From assembly GCF_001194135.2 (NCBI RefSeq), contig NC_068999.1:23908664-23951569 (forward strand): a stretch of DNA of 42,906 nucleotides. The letters run 5' to 3'. Origin of the DNA: Octopus bimaculoides (Eukaryota). Below are positions 36,594-42,906 of the stretch, one piece after another. The notes beneath the pieces were generated by a model, which saw only the letters and a list, made by a program, of their open reading frames with translations, did no database searches and was not told the DNA's origin. Both the position numbers and the translations under genes were made by a program. Positions within the stretch are counted from its first letter, which is position 1; the number at the start of each line of letters is the position of its first letter.

Positions 36594-37599
36594 GTCATAA
36601 GATTTAAATTGGTTTTCATCACTTTCATCATATTGTTTTCTCATATTATTGTTATGAATTCTCTTTTCCATATTGACATGATTTGGATGGATGAGTTTGC
36701 AACATGGTAAAGTACTTGATCTTGAGCTTGTTTTGTGTATGAAGCCCAACATCTTCAGATCTAACTTACCCACTTCCTTCTATGTTTTCTTTGATCTGTG
36801 GTATCTTCCATTGTTAGCACACAGTACTTCTTAGCTCGGCACTCTGTGCGTGTTTACATCGTTTCCTGATCAACAAAGATGTCTCCCCTGTATACATTAA
36901 ACATACCTTAACTTTTAATACCACATATTCTCTCAGCTCAGTTGCTCTCAACCTTTTATATAAGTTGCATATTCATTAAGTTAAGCTACATTTATTTCTC
37001 TCCAACCTTTCCAGATCTTTATTCCTTCATTGCTCATATCTTATTACCATGTAGAAATAACACTTTTTATATAAACTAACTTGTGCATTGAGAATTATCT
37101 CCATTCTTTTCTTTCTTTTGCTATTGTAACTTTCACCACCAAGCACTTATTAGATCATGGGAAGCAGAAAGAATCTTTAATGTTTTGCGATCCAACTGAA
37201 TAGTTCATAGATTTTATTTTGTATTCAGATATAATTAATAATAGAATAGTAGTCATGCCTGAACAAGTAGCACATCTGAATTCCTTGTTGTCTGACATCA
37301 CATTTAACTGCATTTTTTGCCTGCCCATTGTTTGCACTGAGTACATGGGATCAAGTTTGTACATAACCCTTTTCTACTTTCTAAACCCACTTCCTCTTTG
37401 GTATCACACAATTGGTATGTAGTACCCAACTGTTTTTTTCCTTTAACAAATTGAGGAACAAACTGCTAAATATTATAGTTCTCTGTTATTGTCTTCTATC
37501 AAAATAGGTGTTATGCTAATTATAAGTTATACTTAATAGAGATTGTTTAATCTCCATGTTTTTTTTTATTGTTGCAATTTGCTTCTTATCCTCTTCAGT

Positions 37600-37790
37600 A
37601 TTACATTTCTGTTGAAATACACTCTTTATTTCAATTGATTCTGGAAATAACGAAGAATTTAGTAAAATAATTTTGATGTTATAAAGCTCTTTGGAACATG
37701 AAGTTTATCTGAAATTTTAATAGGAAATATTAACTTAGATCACTTAAAATCAGGATGGTCTTAGGCAAGGTAGTATAAAGGTGTTAATCA
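37600..37790. mobile_element. Uninterrupted, diverged copy of the 27731 MITE
   Basis: acatttctgttgaaatacac..gaatttagtaaaataa..tttggaacat..ttagatcact..ggcaagg..aaggtgttaa. Confidence 0.6.
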
Positions 37791-39344
37791 ACTGAAAAAT
37801 CTGTAAATACCAATCTACCTAGAGGGACACATCTCATGAGAGAATTGATGTTTTATTGTTTTCTCATATTATTCTTTTCATTTGTTGGTCAGAAGAGGAG
37901 TCATAGTATCCTCCTTGACTGATGAAGTGAATGCATCTATCTTTAAAAAAAAATGTAGAGTGGAGGGAATTGAGCAGGGGGAGTGGTGAGAGGTCAAGTG
38001 AACATGGATGGACAGAGTATGCTGTTAGTTAGTTTAGAAGTATTGTATCTGTTGTAATAGGAATAAACAAAGCAGAAAGAGGAAAGTAGCATTTTTTAGC
38101 TAATGGTTGTAGATTATTAACTGACTGACAAAATGGCTTTCTTTTGGATGCAATGCAGAATGTTTGTGAGTTGATATGTGAGCATTTTTCTACTGTGGGT
38201 TTTACTTGAGCAGTGTAGCTTTTACCTGTAAAGGTTTAGCAAGTATTTAGATCTGAAGTATTTTCCAGTCTTGAAGAGGGATCCTGGTCTTTTGGATATA
38301 ATTTTGGTAATGTACTGAGAGATCATTCAAAATTGTAAGTCCCAGTATTTGCATTTTAATTGTTTGTGTGTAAAGAAATTTGAATCAAAACAATTTCCGT
38401 GTATGTTGCAATTGTATCTTGGTACTGTTGAAGCAGATTAAGTGGTCATCCACTGTTAAAGTAAGCTTTGAAAGTCATTGCACAAAGAAATTAGTGCAAG
38501 TCTGTCTTATGATTGTATAGATGATATCTGTGTGTTAAAAGAAAAGGACTCACTCTTGTTTGAGATGACAGTAAAAAGGCTATTCATGTTAAATCACTGT
38601 GTTGTAAATTTGAATATTTGTATATGAAATGTTAGAGCTAAACAAAGTTTAAAGTTTTCCTAATATCATGATATGAAACATTGCTACAATTGCCATGTTG
38701 TATTCTTGGAAAATGATTCAACTTGTCTAAGTTTCCTTGGTTAATAAGTATGACTCCTTTTTGCTGAGCAATTAGCTGCAGAATGGGTAAAAATAAAAAA
38801 AAGAAAATTTAAAACAAACACTTTCTTCATCAGTATACAAGTATTCAGATTTGCAGTATGGTCTCCTACCTATATCAACATGGAAAATTAAGAAGTTATT
38901 GCTAAATTTAGGAAGCTTTTAATTAATTTCTATTTCCTTTTAAGATGACTTATATCTGCCATGGATAAGAGGCTAATCCACTGCATTTAAAAAAAATTAT
39001 TTGTTGTTGTTGATGTTAATAATAATAATGATTTATAAAGATTGACATACTCTTCACAAAGGTAAATAAGCAATAAGAAGAGCATGATGCACTTTGTAAT
39101 AAATAGTGATTGACTATTGAATCAAGCAATATTTCGACAATATGTCTCTCTTCCTTGGGTTCAAGATGAAAAATAAAAAGAAGAGAAATACAGAAATTCA
39201 AAATATAAACTGGTAATAAGGTAAAAGAACATTTAGTTAAAAAAATTTATTGTATAAAGGATTGTGGGTAAGGCCATTATGTAAATGTGATAGAATTCAC
39301 CTGTCATTTTGTTCATTCCTCCAGGGTGTGACTTTAATAATTCA

Positions 39345-40195
39345 AAAATAGGCTTGCAAGAAATGAAGCTAGTATGCTCTGCTGGATGTGTAGTGTCAGT
39401 GAACATACGTGACAGTGTAAGCGCCCTGAGAGAAATGTTGGACATAAGAAGCATCAGATGTGGTGTGCAAGAGAGACGACTGTACTGGTATGGTTGTGTT
39501 ACATGTGGATGAGGACAGCTGTGTGAAGAAGTGTCACATCCCAACAGCGGGGGGAACCTGTGGAAGAGGTAGATCCAGGAAGACTTGGGATAAGGTGATG
39601 AAGTACGACCTTCAAACATTGGGCCTCACAGAGACAATGACAATGACCATACTTTTGGAGATATGCTTTGCTTGAGAAGACCCAGCAAGCCAAGTGAGAT
39701 AGTAGCTGTGGCCTATGCCAGTGTCGCATAACTGGTCCATTTGAGAGTACCCTTCAATCGTTGGGCAATATACTGTACTTGAGAAGTGTTGAGTCAAGTG
39801 AAATCGTTGTCATGGCACGTAAAAATTATCATATGAGCATGGTTGATGTCAGTGCTGCCTGACTGGTTCCTGTGCCGGTAGCATGTAAAAAGCACCATTT
39901 GAGCATGGTCGATGCCACTGCCATTGGACTGGCTCCCATGCTGGTGGCACATAAAAAGCACAATTTGAACATAGCCGATGCCAGTGCCGCTTGACTGGCC
40001 CCCGTGCCAGTGGCATGTAAAAAGCACCCACTACACTCTTGGAGTGGTTGGCATTAGGAAGGGCATCCAGCTGTAGAAACCTTGCCAGATCAGACTGGAG
40101 CTTGGTGCAGCCTCCTGGCTTGCCAGTCCTCAGTCAAACTGTCCAACCCATGCCAGCATGGAAAGCAGACGTTAAACAATGATGATTATGATGAT
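39345..40195 (+). mobile_element. 5'-truncated RTE LINE with about 65-bp tandem repeats in the 3' UTR
   Basis: Encodes LREMLDIRSIRCGVQERRL..DEDSCVKKCH..GRGRSRKTW..DLQTLGLTE. Three about 65-bp ggca(c/t)(g/a)taaaaagcac units lie at about 39815-40030, followed by a (GAT)n tail. Confidence 0.88.
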
Positions 40196-40782
40196 ATTAA
40201 TAATTCACAAATATTTGTGAATTACTAACATCACACTCTGGAGGAATAAACAAAATGATAGGTGAATTCTATCTCATTTACACAAAACTTTTTGATTGAA
40301 TGTTCTCTTTCTCACTTTCTTTTTTTTTCTTTTTCCTTGTTACCAGTTATGAAAAAGCAAAATCTGATGATGCCCTTTTGTCTAAAAAGGAATGATGGAT
40401 ATTCCTGTTCATATTCTGTATTTCTGTTTTGCCATTTTGAACCCAAGGAAGGCAGACAAATTATCAAAATATCGTTTAATTCAGTAAACAGAGTCAGTCT
40501 CCATTACAAATCTTATCATGCTCTTCTTATTGCTTATTATTATCGTTATTATTGAAATCTGCTATTTTGTCTTCATAGTTCTTCAAATGAAGTAATATAA
40601 TTATGCATAATATCCAGAAATACAATGAAACATTTGCTGTGGATTTGATCTTGCATTCTATGAATTTGTTCCAATACCTTATCAACTTAGATATAGAGAT
40701 ATGGATCTAAAAAGTGTTGTTAATTTTAGTTGTTACTATAATCTAATTAATTTGTCACAAAGTGTGGTAGTACCTATTTTAA

Positions 40783-41084
40783 CATGTTAACTGCCACATG
40801 TACCACTGGTGTTCATTGCAAACTTCACACAATTGCCATATGCACCACCGGTGGTACATTTTCATAATTTGCGAAAATATTTTATTCTGTATCTGTGACA
40901 TGGTTTCAAGGATATTTGAATAACATGGGTGCTAAATATTAAAGTTTAATCATAAAATATTGTAAAAACACACACACAAAAAAAAAAAAAATAACATTTC
41001 CTTGTAATTAAACAATATGCAGTGTGACCGAAAATACATGGTGTCACTGGTAAGTTCCAGTAACAAGCCATGGCAGTTGACATG
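40783..41084. mobile_element. piggyBac-type MITE
   Basis: TTAA|CATGTTAACTGCCA...TGGCAGTTGACATG|TTTA (13/14 TIR match). Confidence 0.72.
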
Positions 41085-41346
41085 TTTACAAAAATAATCT
41101 GATTAGTCGTACAATTCTGAGAAATTTAAATAACATTACAAGCACTATATCTCTATTATTTTAATTTAAATATCTAAAATAAGATTATTCTTTATCTTAA
41201 TCACTTTATATTAACCAATTTCAATTTTATTTCCAATAAGAAAGTAAATTAAATGAAAGAAGCTATTTTGATATTGAAGTTTCTGAATTTAGTCATTACC
41301 AAAACACATTTCAGTGTTGAAATTTTATTTATTTATTTATTTTTAG

Positions 41347-41426
41347 GTTGATAATAAAATTAAGTGGTCATCGCGATGGGATTACATATTGGATTCTATG
41401 TCTCATTCCAACATTCAATGGTTTAG
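41347..41426 (+). CDS. TM9SF2: TM9SF2-like exon (probable exon 8, 80 nt)
   Basis: ttttAG|GTT...TTTAG|GTAAGT. Encodes VDNKIKWSSRWDYILDSMSHSNIQWF(S), the family hallmark WxSRWDYIL...IQWFS. Confidence 0.96.
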
Positions 41427-41736
41427 GTAAGTCTAAACCAAACAAATATTTGGCACTAACACTTCATATCAGTTCTGTCAAATACATGTTATTTTTTTGG
41501 AGTGTGAGGGCTTGGCTGTGGGGAGAGAGAAAAAAAGATCATCATGTTGGGAGATTTAATGAATGTTATTTGTCTAATCATGAATTATGGATCATTTTGA
41601 AATAATTGTGCATTAAGGTTATTTTTCAAATTTAATTTAATAACAACTAAGTGTTCTTTATTAATATTGTACTATATCTTATGTATTCTAACTTTGGTGG
41701 AATTAGTAATTTCCCCCTCTCAATATTTTCTAACAG

Positions 41737-41845
41737 CATCATGAATTCCTTGATAATAGTTCTCTTCCTCTCTGGTATGGTAGCCATGATCATGCTGAGA
41801 ACTTTACATAAAGACATTGCCCGTTACAACCAAATGGACAATGCT
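41737..41845 (+). CDS. TM9SF2: TM9SF2-like exon (probable exon 9, 109 nt; TM1)
   Basis: ctaacAG|C...GCT|GTAAGT. Encodes IMNSLIIVLFLSGMVAMIMLRTLHKDIARYNQMDNA, nearly identical to vertebrate TM9SF2 TM1 as recalled. The eight exons total 852 nt with no stop. Confidence 0.97.
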
Positions 41846-41979
41846 GTAAGTAAACATTTGTATTATTTGCTTTTTTAAATTTTCAAATTTGTGTGTATAT
41901 GTGTGTGTGTAGGTGCTTGTGCTTCTCCAAGAGAGAGAGAGAGAGAGGGAGGGAATATATATATAAATATAAAAATGGA

Positions 41980-42460
41980 ACAAAAACGCAATAGAGGGCA
42001 TTAAAATGTTCAGACAGATGGATGATGCAAAGACAGACAAGAGAAACAACAATTAGGACAGGCAAAAAAGATGGGTCATTCTTGGCTTTCTTTCATCAGT
42101 CAAGTCCCAGAAGTCACAACTATTTCGGGCATTTATACTTGAGATAGTTCGATCTGGTTGTCCCCAAAAAAGTCTAAGCTAAGAGCATTAGACCCCTTTG
42201 TAAGAAAGCTAACAAATGTGTATAGCAACAAAGACAAAAAACAAATAAACAAAAAAAATGGAGAACATGGTACACAATTACGAATACAAACAACAAGATA
42301 TAATAACAGGCGTCTTTCGACTGAGAATGAATCAAGTTGAGCTGGCGTGTATGAAGTGAAAGCCTAAAGGCAGGAACATAAGAGATGGACACAAGGTGTT
42401 GACGGTCAGTAGTCAGGCCAAGAAAGAAAAAGAGATCATGGCTGGCCGGACACCGGTCAG
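41980..42460 (-). mobile_element. Dispersed repeat homologous to 30224-30360 (possibly Penelope-derived)
   Basis: Reverse complement tctcaagtataaatgcccgaaat..ctgggacttgactgatgaaagaaagccaagaatgacccatc aligns to tctcgagtataacgagccgaaat..ctggaacctgactgaggaaagaaaactctgaatgacccgtc. Confidence 0.5.
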
Positions 42461-42724
42461 GTGGAAGGATGAGAGATGGATAGGGGCAGAGGGATTGAAG
42501 GATTAAAAAAAAAAATCAGAGACAAAAAGAAAGGTACAGGGGAGATAAACGAGTGGGAAATAGTAGGAGTTAAAGAGAAGGCCAAGAAATGTGAGAGAGG
42601 GGGTGCGAGAAAAAGGAAGGAAAATGAGAGGGGATATAAAAGATAGAGTAGGAGTCGTACAAACACACACATGCTAGTATGGAAGACATATTAAACGATG
42701 ATGATGATATATATATATATATAT

Positions 42725-42906
42725 CGTCATCATCATCATCATCGTTTAACGTCCGCTTTCCATGCTAGCATGGGTTGGACGATTTGACTGAGGACTGGTG
42801 AAACCGGATGGCAACACCAGGCTCCAGTCTGATTTGGCAGAGTTTCTACAGCTGGATGCCCTTCCTAACGCCAACCACTCAGAGAGTGTAGTGGGTGCTT
42901 TTACGT
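42725..42906 (-). mobile_element. RTE-derived 3' UTR/tail repeat, truncated by the window end
   Basis: catcatcatcgtttaacgtccgctttccatgctagcatggg.... Confidence 0.9.

Noticed and set aside
38000-38560. Faint minus-strand resemblance to a Penelope GIY-YIG region
   Set aside because: Too degenerate to support by eye. It needs a frameshift-aware HMM search.
39815-40030. Regularly spaced ggcacgtaaaaagcac repeats that look like a CRISPR array
   Set aside because: The 'spacers' are homologous to one another and lie in an RTE 3' UTR, so this is a minisatellite. The context is eukaryotic and there are no cas genes.

Overview
AT-rich animal genomic DNA with several N gaps. The SINE, RTE and microsatellite content points to a coleoid cephalopod, probably Octopus (inference). 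One host gene is visible: a + strand TM9SF2 (nonaspanin/EMP70 family) orthologue. Eight GT-AG exons (22213-41845) splice into one open 852-nt frame covering the luminal domain through TM1. Exon 1 was not found and the 3' exons lie beyond the window. The rest is repeat-rich intron or flank: many RTE-clade LINE 3' ends, two tRNA-derived SINE families, a full-length dead mariner, a DD37D (maT-type) remnant, two Helitron fossils, an R4/Dong-like RLE retroposon with permuted domain order, several MITEs and a tRNA-Phe pseudogene. A Penelope-like remnant carries one complete-looking hammerhead ribozyme core (1235-1318) and one decayed copy. I found no new multi-gene system. The best leads are the hammerhead, the long intronic inverted repeats, and a predicted frame-preserving exon 8-9 circle. 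Repeat boundaries were read by eye and are approximate unless a TSD or TIR is quoted.
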